Assembly (NCBI GenBank): GCA_007375645.1
Contig: VMER01000001.1
Coordinates: 134,256-198,255 of the forward strand
Length of the DNA stretch: 64,000 bases
Direction of reading: 5' to 3'
DNA from: Parcubacteria group bacterium LiPW_15
Lineage (GTDB): Bacteria > Patescibacteriota > Minisyncoccia > UBA6257 > 2-01-FULL-56-20
The notes beneath the pieces were generated by a model, which searched no databases, was not told the DNA's origin, and saw only the letters and a program-made list of their open reading frames with translations. The stretch's first letter is position 1, and each line of letters starts with the position of its first letter. Shown piece after piece: positions 1 to 9,455 of this stretch. A program made the position numbers and the translations under genes.

Positions 1-996
1 GAACTCGCGGTCTTTAAAAAAGTTATTGACGGTTCGCTCTCCCATGGAAGCGTCGGTGTTTCTTTCGGACTCGAATATTCTCACGGGAAGGGAACGCCGT
101 TCAAAGAAATAAAGATGCTCGCGGATTGCGTGGCCAAAGCCAACGGGGTCTGCGCCGTGCATTTGAGGAAACGCGACAAAGAGATCGCGGAAGCGTTTGA
201 AGAGGCGAAAGCGCTCGCGGAAACCACGAAGGTTAAAGTGCTGGTCAGCCACTTTTCTCCGATGATCGGAGCGGAATCGGAATACGAAAAAGTGCTCTCC
301 GAGCTCTACGATATTCCGGCGGAAACGGAACTTTATCTTACCGCCAGGCCATTTGAAGAAAATATCGTGCCGATCTATTTTATGCTTCCCGGCTGGGCGC
401 AAAAAGGGAGCTTGGAAGAAATGCTCGCTTCCGTGAAAGACGAGTGGCTGTCTTCAAGGGTCATGAAAGATATTCCGCAGCTGGACCCGGAAAAAGTCCG
501 GGTGCTCAAGGCGGTCAAGAATGAGAGCCTTGAAGGGAAAAGCATTAAGGAGCTCATGGAAATTTTCGGACTTAGCACTTTCGCCGAAACTCTGCGCAAG
601 GTTATGATCACAACCGGTTTGCGCGCCACGGTGACTTTGGGAGAATTGGATCCGAAACTTTTGATCGCTACCTGGAAGAATCCGCGCACAATGGTCGGAA
701 CTTTCGCTCCCAAGGCGATGTCCTCCAATTCCACACTCATGCATTTCTTGGGAAGGATCGAAAAAGAAGAATTGCTTTCTCTCGAGGACGCGGTTTGGAA
801 AGTTTCCGGTTTTCCCGCAAAAGTTTTCGGCTTTAAAGGCAGGGGGAGGGTTGGCGAAGGATATTTTGCGGATCTAACCGTATTCAAAAATGGAGAAGTA
901 AAATTCACCATCCTGGGCGGAAATCTGGCTTATCGGCCCGGAGAGAAAGCCGGACTCTTCGGAGAACCAAAATTGCATACGAAAAATGGCTTTTAG
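1..996 (+). CDS. Amidohydrolase-family protein (N-acyl-D-amino-acid deacylase-like), 5'-truncated by the window edge
   Basis: The frame is open from base 1 with no stop upstream of the M at 115. The C-terminal region resembles D-aminoacylase family proteins. Confidence 0.55.
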   Translation, partial: ELAVFKKVIDGSLSHGSVGVSFGLEYSHGKGTPFKEIKMLADCVAKANGVCAVHLRKRDKEIAEAFEEAKALAETTKVKVLVSHFSPMIGAESEYEKVLSELYDIPAETELYLTARPFEENIVPIYFMLPGWAQKGSLEEMLASVKDEWLSSRVMKDIPQLDPEKVRVLKAVKNESLEGKSIKELMEIFGLSTFAETLRKVMITTGLRATVTLGELDPKLLIATWKNPRTMVGTFAPKAMSSNSTLMHFLGRIEKEELLSLEDAVWKVSGFPAKVFGFKGRGRVGEGYFADLTVFKNGEVKFTILGGNLAYRPGEKAGLFGEPKLHTKNGF

Positions 997-2095
997 AGGG
1001 ATCAAGTCCGGACGAAAACCGGACATATTTTTAATGGCGCTTTTGGCCCTCCTTGTCTTGGGCGGATTGTTCATTCTGGCCAGCGCGTCATCGGAGCTCG
1101 GGCGCATAAAGTTCGGCGACAGTTATTATTATTTAAAACATCAGGCCGTTTACGGGCTTCTGCCGGGAGTTATCGGATTTCTGATTTGTTTTTTTCTGTC
1201 GTACCAGAATTTAAAAAAGCTGGCCTTTCCGCTTTTCATTTTTAACCTCGCCCTGCTGACCCTCGTATTCACTAAGTTCGGCCTCTCAAGCGGGGGAGCG
1301 AGCCGTTGGCTGCAATTGGGGCCTATTTCCTTCCAACCCGCTGAATTGTTGAAATTGTCTTTTATCATCTATATTTCCGCCTGGGTTGGAGGCCAGGCTA
1401 AGCGCACCGCCAGTTTTTTGGGCGGTTTTTTACCGTTCCTTGTGGCCTCGGGAATAATGGCCGGAATGTTGTTCTTACAGCCGGCAACGAGCACGGTAGT
1501 GATCCTTCTTGCTTCCGGCGGAATGGTTTATTTCTTGAGCGGGGCGGAATGGAAATATATTTTTATGGCCGCCGGGTTGATCGTCGTAATTTTGGGTTCG
1601 CTCATATATTTCACGCCCTACAGAATGAAAAGAATCGTGGGATTTTTGGATAAATCGTCTAATACTCAAACCATAAACTATCACGTGAATCAGGCGCTTA
1701 TCGCGATAGGCTCGGGAGGAGCTTTCGGAATGGGTTACGGGAAATCCACCGCAAAAGTAAATTATCTGCCGGCGGTCATTGATGATTCCATTTTTGCCGT
1801 AGTCGGCCAGGAATTGGGATTCCTCGGCACCGGGCTCATCACAATTCTTTTCGGTATGCTGGTTTTCCGTTTGTTCTGGCTCGCAAAAAAAACTCGCGAT
1901 AAGTTCGGCAGGAACATGCTCGTAGGCTTCGGTTCCATTATCGCTCTTCAGTCCCTGGTTAATATGGGCGCAATCTCCGGAATTCTACCGCTCACCGGCG
2001 TACCTCTTCCGTTCATAAGCTACGGAGGCACGGCGCTCGCGATATTTATGACCATGGGCGGCATTTCGCTCAACATTTCCAAATATACGGGGTAA
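986..2095 (+). CDS. ftsW: SEDS-family peptidoglycan glycosyltransferase FtsW
   Basis: 369-aa polytopic membrane protein with the FtsW/RodA signature region GGT.L..F.SYGG, sitting immediately upstream of murG. Confidence 0.85.
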   Translation: MAFRGIKSGRKPDIFLMALLALLVLGGLFILASASSELGRIKFGDSYYYLKHQAVYGLLPGVIGFLICFFLSYQNLKKLAFPLFIFNLALLTLVFTKFGLSSGGASRWLQLGPISFQPAELLKLSFIIYISAWVGGQAKRTASFLGGFLPFLVASGIMAGMLFLQPATSTVVILLASGGMVYFLSGAEWKYIFMAAGLIVVILGSLIYFTPYRMKRIVGFLDKSSNTQTINYHVNQALIAIGSGGAFGMGYGKSTAKVNYLPAVIDDSIFAVVGQELGFLGTGLITILFGMLVFRLFWLAKKTRDKFGRNMLVGFGSIIALQSLVNMGAISGILPLTGVPLPFISYGGTALAIFMTMGGISLNISKYTG

Positions 2096-2105
2096 ACTTA
2101 AGTAA

Positions 2106-3254
2106 ATGACAAAGGTCAAAAAATATAAAATTGTTCTCGCGGGCGGAGGAACCGGCGGACACATCTACCCGCTTCTTGCCGTGGCCGAAGAATTAAGGGG
2201 TGTTTTTGAAAAGAACGGATATCTTTTGGAACTGCATTTTGTGGGAACCCCGGGCAAATTCGAAGACGAGATAAAAGCCGCGGGAATTAAAATACATAAA
2301 ATACTCGCCGGAAAATTCAGAAGATATTTATCTTTCGGATACTTAATAGACATCCCGAAAATATTTATCGGCCTCATTCAAGCGTTTTTAAAGATCTACG
2401 CCATCATGCCCGATGAAGTTTTTTCGAAAGGCGGTCCGGGCGCGTTTCAAACGGTTCTTGCCGCCAAGTTCTATATGATACCGGTTATGATCCACGAGTC
2501 CGACGCTTATCCGGGACTTACCAACTTGCTCTCGGCCCGTTTTGCGAAAAAGATCGCGATAAGTTTTCCTAATGTGGCGAAATATTTTAACCCGGCCAAA
2601 ACCATCTTAACCGGAAATCCGCTCCGTCCTTCGCTTTTACGCCAGCGGTTGGAATCCGGAGCCGCGAAGGAGGCCCTCGGTTTTTCATCCGCTTCGCCGC
2701 TTGTTCTTATACTCGGCGGTTCGCAGGGTTCGGAACGCGTAAATGACTTTATAATATCCGTTTTGAAAAATGTGATAATTGACGCGCAAATTTTGCATCA
2801 AACCGGCGCGGCCAATTACGAGCTTGTCCAAAAAGCGGCCCAGGCCACGCTTGTGGATGTGGCGGTTTCCGCGGAAGCGAAAAATCGTTATAAGGCGGTT
2901 TCGTTTCTCGTGGGAAAAGAAATGGCTTACGCGCTTTCGGCGGCGGATGTGGTGATCGGCCGCGCGGGAAGCGGAACTATTTTTGAGATCGCCGCATTCG
3001 GCAAACCTTCGATCCTTATCCCGCTTCCGGAAGCTGCGGGCGACCATCAAAGAGAAAATGCTTATGCTTACGCCCAGACCGGCGCCGCGTATGTCACGGA
3101 GGAGTCTAATTTTTCGCCCAATATTTTGCTTTCGGGGATAAAGAGGCTAACCGGCGGGGGAGATCTCCCAAAGGCTATGGCAGAGGCAGCTCTAAAATTC
3201 GCTAAACCACAGGCCGCCGAGGCAATTGCGGCAGAAGTCTTCAAGCTTGCTTAG
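2106..3254 (+). CDS. murG: UDP-N-acetylglucosamine--N-acetylmuramyl-(pentapeptide) pyrophosphoryl-undecaprenol N-acetylglucosamine transferase MurG
   Basis: N-terminal GGGTGGHIYP motif, GT28 fold and length, and ftsW-murG synteny. Confidence 0.9.
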   Translation: MTKVKKYKIVLAGGGTGGHIYPLLAVAEELRGVFEKNGYLLELHFVGTPGKFEDEIKAAGIKIHKILAGKFRRYLSFGYLIDIPKIFIGLIQAFLKIYAIMPDEVFSKGGPGAFQTVLAAKFYMIPVMIHESDAYPGLTNLLSARFAKKIAISFPNVAKYFNPAKTILTGNPLRPSLLRQRLESGAAKEALGFSSASPLVLILGGSQGSERVNDFIISVLKNVIIDAQILHQTGAANYELVQKAAQATLVDVAVSAEAKNRYKAVSFLVGKEMAYALSAADVVIGRAGSGTIFEIAAFGKPSILIPLPEAAGDHQRENAYAYAQTGAAYVTEESNFSPNILLSGIKRLTGGGDLPKAMAEAALKFAKPQAAEAIAAEVFKLA

Positions 3255-3327
3255 GGCCTCTTGGCGGGCCATTTTGGGGCACAAAAGGGCTATTTAAAGG
3301 CCTAAATCGGCATGTTATACTCCAAAT

Positions 3328-4767
3328 ATGGAGCCGAAAGCATCAAAATCGGTCCGGGTTCGGTTTGCCCCGAGCCCCACAGGTCCCTTCCATTTGGGAA
3401 GTGCCCGAGCTGCGCTTTTCAATTGGATCTATGCCCGTCAACAGAACGGTGTTTTTGTCTTGCGCATTGAGGATACCGACAAAGAACGTTCCAAAAAGGA
3501 GCATGAAGACGGGATCTTGGAATCCTTGCGCTGGCTTGGTCTTGATTGGGACGAAGGACCGGATGTCGGCGGAGAATACGGACCGTATCGCCAGAGCGAA
3601 CGAGAACCTATCTACGAAAAATATCTGAAGGAGCTTTTGGAAGCCGGAAAGGCGTATTACTGTTATTGCACCAAAGAAGAACTTGAGGCGCAAAAAGAAG
3701 CGATGATCGCCCAAGGTCTTCCGCCGAAATACAGCGGCCGTTGCCGGAACCTGGAATCGGCGCCCACCGATCGCAAACCGGAACTTATCCGCTTCAAAAC
3801 TCCGGAAGTCAAAGTAGAGTTCAAAGATATGATCCGCGGAAGCATGAGTTTTGACGCATCCTTATTCGGAGATATTCCGATAGCCAAAGATCTTCGTTCT
3901 CCGCTCTATAACTTCGCGGTGGTCATCGACGACGAGCTTATGAAGATAACCCACGTTATCAGGGGCGAAGATCATCTCTCGAATACTCCGAAACAGATCC
4001 TGTTCGGGAAAGCTTTGGGTTTCTCGGAGCCGACATTCGCTCATCTGCCGCTCATTCTTTCTGCCGACCGAAGCAAGCTTTCCAAGCGCTACGCAGAAAC
4101 TTCGCTTATTGAATATGAGAAACAAGGCTATCTTCCGGAAGCAATGGTCAATTTTCTCGTTCTTTTAGGATGGCATCCTAAGGGCGATCGCGAAGTATTT
4201 AAGGTTTCGGAGCTCATTGAAACCTTTGATCTAAAGCGCGTTCAAAAAGCCGGAGCTATCTGGAACGAAGAAAAACTTTCTTGGTTGAACAGCGAACACA
4301 TCCGCTCCATGGACACGGAAAAGCTAACCGCGCTGCTTAAGCCTTTTGTGATCGAGAAGTTTCCCGAAGCGGACGAAAAATTCCTTTTTAAGGTGGTAGC
4401 TGTGCAAAAAGACCGGCTTCGGACGCTTAAAGAATTCGCGGACATCGCCGGATTCTTCTTTGAGTTGCCGGCTTACGAATGGGGATTGCTTGTTTGGAAT
4501 AAAGAACCGCAGGAGAAGATAAAAGAATCTCTTCTCGCTACAGAAGAAGCTTTTAAAAATATTCCGGACGGCGAATTTACCAAAGAAAAAATAACCGACA
4601 GCCTAGCCTCTCTTGCCGAAGGTTTGGGCAGGGGAGTGGTCTTCTGGCCGCTGCGGGTATCCCTTTCCGGACAAAAAGCCTCACCGGACCCCGTGTCTAT
4701 CGCTGAAACTTTAGGCAAAGAAGAATCGCTTCGGCGCATTGAAAAAGCAATTAAAAAACTTCCGTAA
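3328..4767 (+). CDS. gltX: Glutamyl-tRNA synthetase
   Basis: Class I HIGH-type motif (HLGSARAALFNW) and a KLSKR motif, at the length expected for a GluRS. Confidence 0.9.
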   Translation: MEPKASKSVRVRFAPSPTGPFHLGSARAALFNWIYARQQNGVFVLRIEDTDKERSKKEHEDGILESLRWLGLDWDEGPDVGGEYGPYRQSEREPIYEKYLKELLEAGKAYYCYCTKEELEAQKEAMIAQGLPPKYSGRCRNLESAPTDRKPELIRFKTPEVKVEFKDMIRGSMSFDASLFGDIPIAKDLRSPLYNFAVVIDDELMKITHVIRGEDHLSNTPKQILFGKALGFSEPTFAHLPLILSADRSKLSKRYAETSLIEYEKQGYLPEAMVNFLVLLGWHPKGDREVFKVSELIETFDLKRVQKAGAIWNEEKLSWLNSEHIRSMDTEKLTALLKPFVIEKFPEADEKFLFKVVAVQKDRLRTLKEFADIAGFFFELPAYEWGLLVWNKEPQEKIKESLLATEEAFKNIPDGEFTKEKITDSLASLAEGLGRGVVFWPLRVSLSGQKASPDPVSIAETLGKEESLRRIEKAIKKLP

Positions 4768-4774
4768 GACCACG

Positions 4775-6067
4775 ATGACAGATCTTTTAAAAAAGACCTT
4801 TTCCGTAATTTCGACCCTCATAATTATTATGGGGCCGTCTAATTCTTTGGGCGCAACAACCGCGCCGCAGACGCGGGAAGAATTGGAACAGCAGATAAAA
4901 GACAGGTCCAAACAGCTGGAGACCTTGAATCAGGCTATCCAGACCACTCAAAATACCCTGAAAGACGTTCAGGGCCAGAAAACCACGCTTCAAAAGGAAG
5001 TTAAAACCCTAGATACCTCGCTCAAACAATTGGATTTGAGCATTCAATCCGACCGGGTAAACGCGCAAAAAATAAATTACCAGATCGATTCCATCGACAT
5101 GGATATCGAGGATATCGAGGCTTCCGTGCTGCAAAAAAACAGTTCTATTTCGGATCTTTTCCGCGAGCTTCAGAGGAATCAGGATAAAAATACGCTGATG
5201 ATATTTTTGGAAAACAAGACTATCAGCGAAGGTCTTTTGGCAACAAAATCTTTGGAGGATATACGTTCTCAGCTCGCGGTGGATATCCAATCGCTTAAGG
5301 AGTTGAAGGATCAATATCGGCAAAAAATGGAAGATCTTAGCGTCAAACACAAAGAGCTGGTCTATCATGAAGAAAATTTGAAGAATCGCAAACAAATAAC
5401 CGAAGAAACGAAGCAGGAAAGAGCCACGCTTTTGAGCCAGACCAAAGAGAAAGAAAGTGTTTATCAAAAACAGTTGGCCGATCTGAAAAAACTTCAGGAA
5501 GATATCGCGAATGAAATGGAGGCGATGGACGCCCAGCTCCGAAGCAAAGTTGATCCGAAGTTCTTGCCGCCGCTAAGTTCAGGAGTGCTGGGCTATCCCA
5601 TTCAGGGAGATAAAAGCGATATGACTCAGAGCTATGGAGCAACGGCCTTCGCAAAATATGGATATAAGGGTAAGTGGCATAACGGTATAGATTTCGGCGT
5701 ACCCATTGGAACTCCGATATTTGCCGCGGAGACAGGAATCATTCTTGCGACCGGGAATCAGGACTCATTCTGCTACAAAGGCGCATATGGAAAATTTGTT
5801 TTGATAAAGCACGAAAATAATTTAACGAGCCTTTACGGCCATCTTTCCAAATACATAGTTTCGCCCGGACAGAAAGTTGAGCGGGGACAGGTCATCGGTT
5901 ATTCCGGAAAAACCGGTTACGCGACCGGACCGCATTTACATTTCTCGGTTTTTGCCACGCCGACTATTCCGCCTGCCACCGGCAAATATCCGGAAGGAAT
6001 CAGCCCCTCCAAAAGCTGCGGCCCGATGCCATACGGCGGCGACTTGAATCCGTTGGGTTATCTCTAA
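4775..6067 (+). CDS. M23-family metallopeptidase with N-terminal signal peptide and long coiled-coil (EnvC-like murein hydrolase)
   Basis: C-terminal LytM/M23 motifs HxxxD and HLHF, with an N-terminal coiled coil. An alternative upstream start at 4739 is possible. Confidence 0.8.
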   Translation: MTDLLKKTFSVISTLIIIMGPSNSLGATTAPQTREELEQQIKDRSKQLETLNQAIQTTQNTLKDVQGQKTTLQKEVKTLDTSLKQLDLSIQSDRVNAQKINYQIDSIDMDIEDIEASVLQKNSSISDLFRELQRNQDKNTLMIFLENKTISEGLLATKSLEDIRSQLAVDIQSLKELKDQYRQKMEDLSVKHKELVYHEENLKNRKQITEETKQERATLLSQTKEKESVYQKQLADLKKLQEDIANEMEAMDAQLRSKVDPKFLPPLSSGVLGYPIQGDKSDMTQSYGATAFAKYGYKGKWHNGIDFGVPIGTPIFAAETGIILATGNQDSFCYKGAYGKFVLIKHENNLTSLYGHLSKYIVSPGQKVERGQVIGYSGKTGYATGPHLHFSVFATPTIPPATGKYPEGISPSKSCGPMPYGGDLNPLGYL

Positions 6068-6071
6068 AAAG

Positions 6072-6404
6072 ATGAAAGGAAAAATAATCCAAACTTTTGT
6101 CATAATTCTCGTCGCGCTCGCGGTCATCTATCTTTTTCAAAAAGAAATTTTGAATCTTCTTGGAAATGTGAGCGAGAGCGGCTTTAAAAATTATCTGGAA
6201 AGGGGAATCGCATTTTTGGCCGATCTGTTTGCCAGGTTGTTCGCTATCATTAAGTCGATCTTCTCCTTCTTTGCCGGAATAGTTTTAAAGATAATCGGTA
6301 ACGCTACCGAGTTATTTAAGCTCATAGACGGCATTTTGTGGGTCCTGGGTAAACTTTTTGCCCTTATTAAGGCCTTCTTTGGGTTCATTGCCGGCCTGGT
6401 TTAG
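6072..6404 (+). CDS. Small hypothetical membrane protein with internal repeats
   Basis: 110 aa, hydrophobic, with repeated LF..I..F.F.AG-type segments. Confidence 0.45.
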   Translation: MKGKIIQTFVIILVALAVIYLFQKEILNLLGNVSESGFKNYLERGIAFLADLFARLFAIIKSIFSFFAGIVLKIIGNATELFKLIDGILWVLGKLFALIKAFFGFIAGLV

Positions 6405-6419
6405 AGATAGGTTCCGGTT

Positions 6420-6640
6420 CAGAACCTTGTCGCGCCCAGATCCGCATTTAATTAAACTTCTGTCGTATAACGAACGGATAGAGTGTGTTGTTGCGATAAC
6501 TATTGAGTATAGTGTCGCAAAACCGGATTTCGCGACAGATTATTAAGCAACCCCATCTGTCGCTAAATCCGGTGACCTTGTTGCGACATATACATATGTC
6601 GCAAAAGGTATATTGTGCGACAGGTAGTATTGTAAAAAAG
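6420..6640. promoter_or_regulatory. Array of TGTCGC/GCGACA inverted-repeat motifs, including a perfect 22-bp palindrome TGCGACATATACATATGTCGCA (6582-6603) and the inverted repeat TGTCGC-n13-GCGACA (6513-6537)
   Basis: Read directly from the sequence. About nine half-sites fall within about 200 bp of AT-rich non-coding DNA. Confidence 0.4.
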
Positions 6641-6678
6641 CCAGCAGAATGGACAATCCTCTGCTGGTTTTGGCACGT

Positions 6679-6876
6679 CTACTTGATGGGCGCCGGTTCG
6701 TACGGGTGTCGGCGTGGCTTGGACGACGTCTTTGCCCGCCGCGTGGCTCTTTCTCGGGCAGCAACGATCTTCTTTGCGAGGCGCTGAAGTTCTTTCCTAT
6801 TCCAGTTGAGCGCCCGGATATCCTTCTTCGAAAGCTTTACGAGATACATTCCGTTGCCGAGCGATATCTTTTGCAC
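6679..6876 (-). CDS. Hypothetical small basic protein (GC-rich cassette 1)
   Basis: 65-aa ORF with a GTG start and a GAAGGAGG Shine-Dalgarno. A TTGGAC-17-TATACA promoter lies upstream, and the composition is GC-richer than the flanks. Confidence 0.45.
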   Translation of the reverse strand: MQKISLGNGMYLVKLSKKDIRALNWNRKELQRLAKKIVAARERATRRAKTSSKPRRHPYEPAPIK

Positions 6877-6911
6877 TTTCCCCTCCTTCGGCTACAAGTG
6901 ACCATATTCAG

Positions 6912-6940
6912 TGTATAACGGCTAAAGCTTTATTGTCCAA
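6912..6940 (-). promoter_or_regulatory. Sigma70-like promoter for cassette 1
   Basis: Minus-strand TTGGAC, a 17-bp spacer, then TATACA. Confidence 0.35.
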
Positions 6941-6960
6941 ATACTTAGTAGCTCCTATAA

Positions 6961-8310
6961 TTGAATCTCGTGGCCAAGCAACATATTCATTTTGTCGGCA
7001 TCGGCGGTATTGGGATGAGCGCGCTAGCCCGTTATTACTTGGCTCAAAATTGGGCTGTTTTCGGGTCCGACGTGGAAAAAAGCATAATTACCTCGGATCT
7101 TATAAAAGACGGCATATCGGTCAAAATCGGGCAGAAAAAGGAGAACATATCCCCTATCTTTGACCGTATCATCAAGAGTCAGGCGGTACAGGAGACCAAC
7201 CCGGAGATCTTAGAGGCAAGGAGGCTTGGACTTAAAGTTTTTTCTTATCCGGAGGCTGTCGGCGAGCTGACTAAAGATATTAAAACGATTGCCATTGCCG
7301 GCGCGCACGGCAAAAGCACGACTACGGCGATGATCGCCAAAATTTTGGTTGATGCCAAATTGGACCCAATGGTCATTTTGGGAGCGAAGTTTGATTTTTT
7401 TGACGGAAGAAACTTTCGCCTTGGAAAGAATTATTTGGTTTTGGAAGCGGACGAGTTCGGCCGGGCATTTTTGAATTATTACCCCACGCACACGGTTATT
7501 TTGAATATCGACAGAGAGCATTTGGATATTTATAGCGGCCTTAAGGACATTAAAGACACCTTTCTGCGTTTCATCTCTCAAACCAAACCGGGCGGTATTC
7601 TTATTTTGAACCGGGACGACAAAAATATTTTCTCGCTTAAAAATAAAATAGAAAAAATAGCCCTAAAAAATAAACTCAAAATTATCTGGTTCTCTTACTC
7701 CGACAAAATTCAGGCGGAAATATTCGGCGCGCTCCCTATTCCCGGGCGGCAGAACCGAACGGATGCGATCGCCGCTTATAATCTGGCATTGAGCCTTAAG
7801 GTGTCCAAAAAGAAGATATTAGAGTCCCTCTCCGGATATCCCGGCCTCTGGCGGCGAATGGAGCATAAAGGACCGGCTTTCGACGGTCGAGCGACGGTTT
7901 TCGACGATTATGCCCATCATCCTTCGGAAATTAAAGCCACCCTTTCCGCGTTCCGTGAAAAATACCCCGACTCCCCTATCCTTTGTGTTTTTAAACCGCA
8001 CCAGGCGAGCCGCCTTAAAATTTTGTTTAGGGATTTCTTAAATTCATTTTCCGCGGCCGATAAAATAATTATTCTCCCAACTTATATTGTTTTGGGCCGG
8101 GACATAGACGAGAAGGTTTTAACTGCGAAAAAATTGGCTGAAGACTTAGCCAAAAAATATCCGACGAAAAAGATCGTGTATCTTTCCGACTCCGATAAGC
8201 TTAAATCAACCCTGTATTCTCTTTTGTCTGCCGCGAATCCAAAGCCATCAGTTATCATTATGATGGGCGCTGGTTCGATAGCGAATCTTACAAAAAGCAT
8301 TTTGAACTGA
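6961..8310 (+). CDS. murC: UDP-N-acetylmuramate--L-alanine ligase MurC
   Basis: N-terminal IHFVGIGGIGMS motif and Mur ligase central and C-terminal domains. The start is TTG at 6961 or GTG at 6970, and no clear Shine-Dalgarno precedes it. Confidence 0.9.
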   Translation: MNLVAKQHIHFVGIGGIGMSALARYYLAQNWAVFGSDVEKSIITSDLIKDGISVKIGQKKENISPIFDRIIKSQAVQETNPEILEARRLGLKVFSYPEAVGELTKDIKTIAIAGAHGKSTTTAMIAKILVDAKLDPMVILGAKFDFFDGRNFRLGKNYLVLEADEFGRAFLNYYPTHTVILNIDREHLDIYSGLKDIKDTFLRFISQTKPGGILILNRDDKNIFSLKNKIEKIALKNKLKIIWFSYSDKIQAEIFGALPIPGRQNRTDAIAAYNLALSLKVSKKKILESLSGYPGLWRRMEHKGPAFDGRATVFDDYAHHPSEIKATLSAFREKYPDSPILCVFKPHQASRLKILFRDFLNSFSAADKIIILPTYIVLGRDIDEKVLTAKKLAEDLAKKYPTKKIVYLSDSDKLKSTLYSLLSAANPKPSVIIMMGAGSIANLTKSILN

Positions 8311-8328
8311 TTATATTAATCACCTCCA

Positions 8329-9087
8329 ATGTTCGATAACTATAAAAACGAAGAAGATTACAAAGAGCAGAACGGTTATACCATTGATGGTATTTGGTAC
8401 CCGCGGGTCACGCGTATCGTCGGTATAAAATCCAAACCGGCCCTCTATCGGTTCTACGGCGAAGCTCAGAGCTTCAAGGCGGCGCAGGAAAGCACGGAGA
8501 ATTCGGCAAAAGAAGGCACGTTAGTACATGAGGCGGTGGAAGCCTTGATGCTAGGGCATTCTCCCGTGATCGACCCGCTGGTGGCGCCGGCCGTGCAAGC
8601 CTATTTAAATTTTGTGGAAAGCAGAAACATAGAGACTGCTCCGGAATGGGTAGAGCGGAGAATTAAACATGCCGACCATCGCTATGCCGGCACGATCGAT
8701 GCGCTTGCGCTCATGGACGGAAAATTCGGTGTTTTGGACATCAAAACTTCGCAGGGAATTTATCGCGACTATAATCTCCAAACTTCCGCTTATGTGGAGG
8801 CGCTTCTCGAGGATTTTCCGAATATTCAAACCCGTTGGATATTGCGCATCGATCAGCAGCAGGTCTGCAATGTTTGCGGAGCGACGATGAGGACTAAGGG
8901 CGGACGGGAAAAAATAAAACGCGGACGTTCTAAGCCCTGCGAAACGCACATTTGGAGCGAAACGAAAGGCATTGTGGAGTTGCAGGAGTTTCCATATTGG
9001 AAGAGCGACTTTCAAGGTTTTTTGGGCGCGAAACGGTTGTGGGAGTGGGAAAATGAAGAGTGGTTAAAAAGAGTCGGATATCTATAA
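8329..9087 (+). CDS. PD-(D/E)XK nuclease superfamily protein with inserted C4-type zinc ribbon
   Basis: D..D-IK motif (GTIDALALMDGKFGVLDIKTSQ) plus a CxxC-x18-CxxH segment. This resembles RecB/Cas4-type nucleases. Confidence 0.6.
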   Translation: MFDNYKNEEDYKEQNGYTIDGIWYPRVTRIVGIKSKPALYRFYGEAQSFKAAQESTENSAKEGTLVHEAVEALMLGHSPVIDPLVAPAVQAYLNFVESRNIETAPEWVERRIKHADHRYAGTIDALALMDGKFGVLDIKTSQGIYRDYNLQTSAYVEALLEDFPNIQTRWILRIDQQQVCNVCGATMRTKGGREKIKRGRSKPCETHIWSETKGIVELQEFPYWKSDFQGFLGAKRLWEWENEEWLKRVGYL

Positions 9088-9095
9088 AATGAAAA

Positions 9096-9113
9096 CCTCG
9101 CCGGATGGCGAGG
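9096..9113. terminator. Bidirectional hairpin terminator
   Basis: Hairpin CCTCGCC-GGAT-GGCGAGG with an A-run before it and a T-rich run after it. It lies between convergent genes. Confidence 0.55.
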
Positions 9114-9140
9114 CTGTTTGCTCTCTGAAGAACTGGTTGG

Positions 9141-9383
9141 TCAACAACCGACCTGGGGGTAGGACTCTTCCCCTTTGGGCGGATCGACAGCGGCCACCTT
9201 GCTTCGGATGATCCCCCCGACGATTCCGAAGATGTGCGGGTTCTCGAGAAACATCTCGCCGGCCGCTTCGACCTCGGTGCCTCGTTGCGGGCCAGACAAG
9301 GTGGTGCCGTTCACGTAGACGCTCATTGTGAAGCGGGAAGTGCCGTTCTGACCTTCGGATTCCGTGATTCGAACGCTGGCCAT
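9141..9383 (-). CDS. Hypothetical protein (GC-rich cassette 2)
   Basis: 80-aa ORF with an AAGGAG Shine-Dalgarno. A TTGACT-17-TATGTT promoter lies upstream, and GC is higher than the flanks. Confidence 0.45.
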   Translation of the reverse strand: MASVRITESEGQNGTSRFTMSVYVNGTTLSGPQRGTEVEAAGEMFLENPHIFGIVGGIIRSKVAAVDPPKGEESYPQVGC

Positions 9384-9416
9384 CGATATCTCCTTTCCGA
9401 TTTGGGGCTGTCGAAA

Positions 9417-9445
9417 AACATACAGTGACTCCCCTCCCGAGTCAA
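9417..9445 (-). promoter_or_regulatory. Sigma70-like promoter for cassette 2
   Basis: Minus-strand TTGACT, a 17-bp spacer, then TATGTT. Confidence 0.4.
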
Positions 9446-9455
9446 GAAGGATCGC

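Noticed and set aside
4739-4774. Upstream M23 peptidase start at 4739, overlapping gltX by 29 nt.
   Set aside because: The start at 4775 gives a cleaner signal peptide (MTDLLKKTFSV...) and avoids the overlap. Neither start has a strong Shine-Dalgarno, so this is uncertain.
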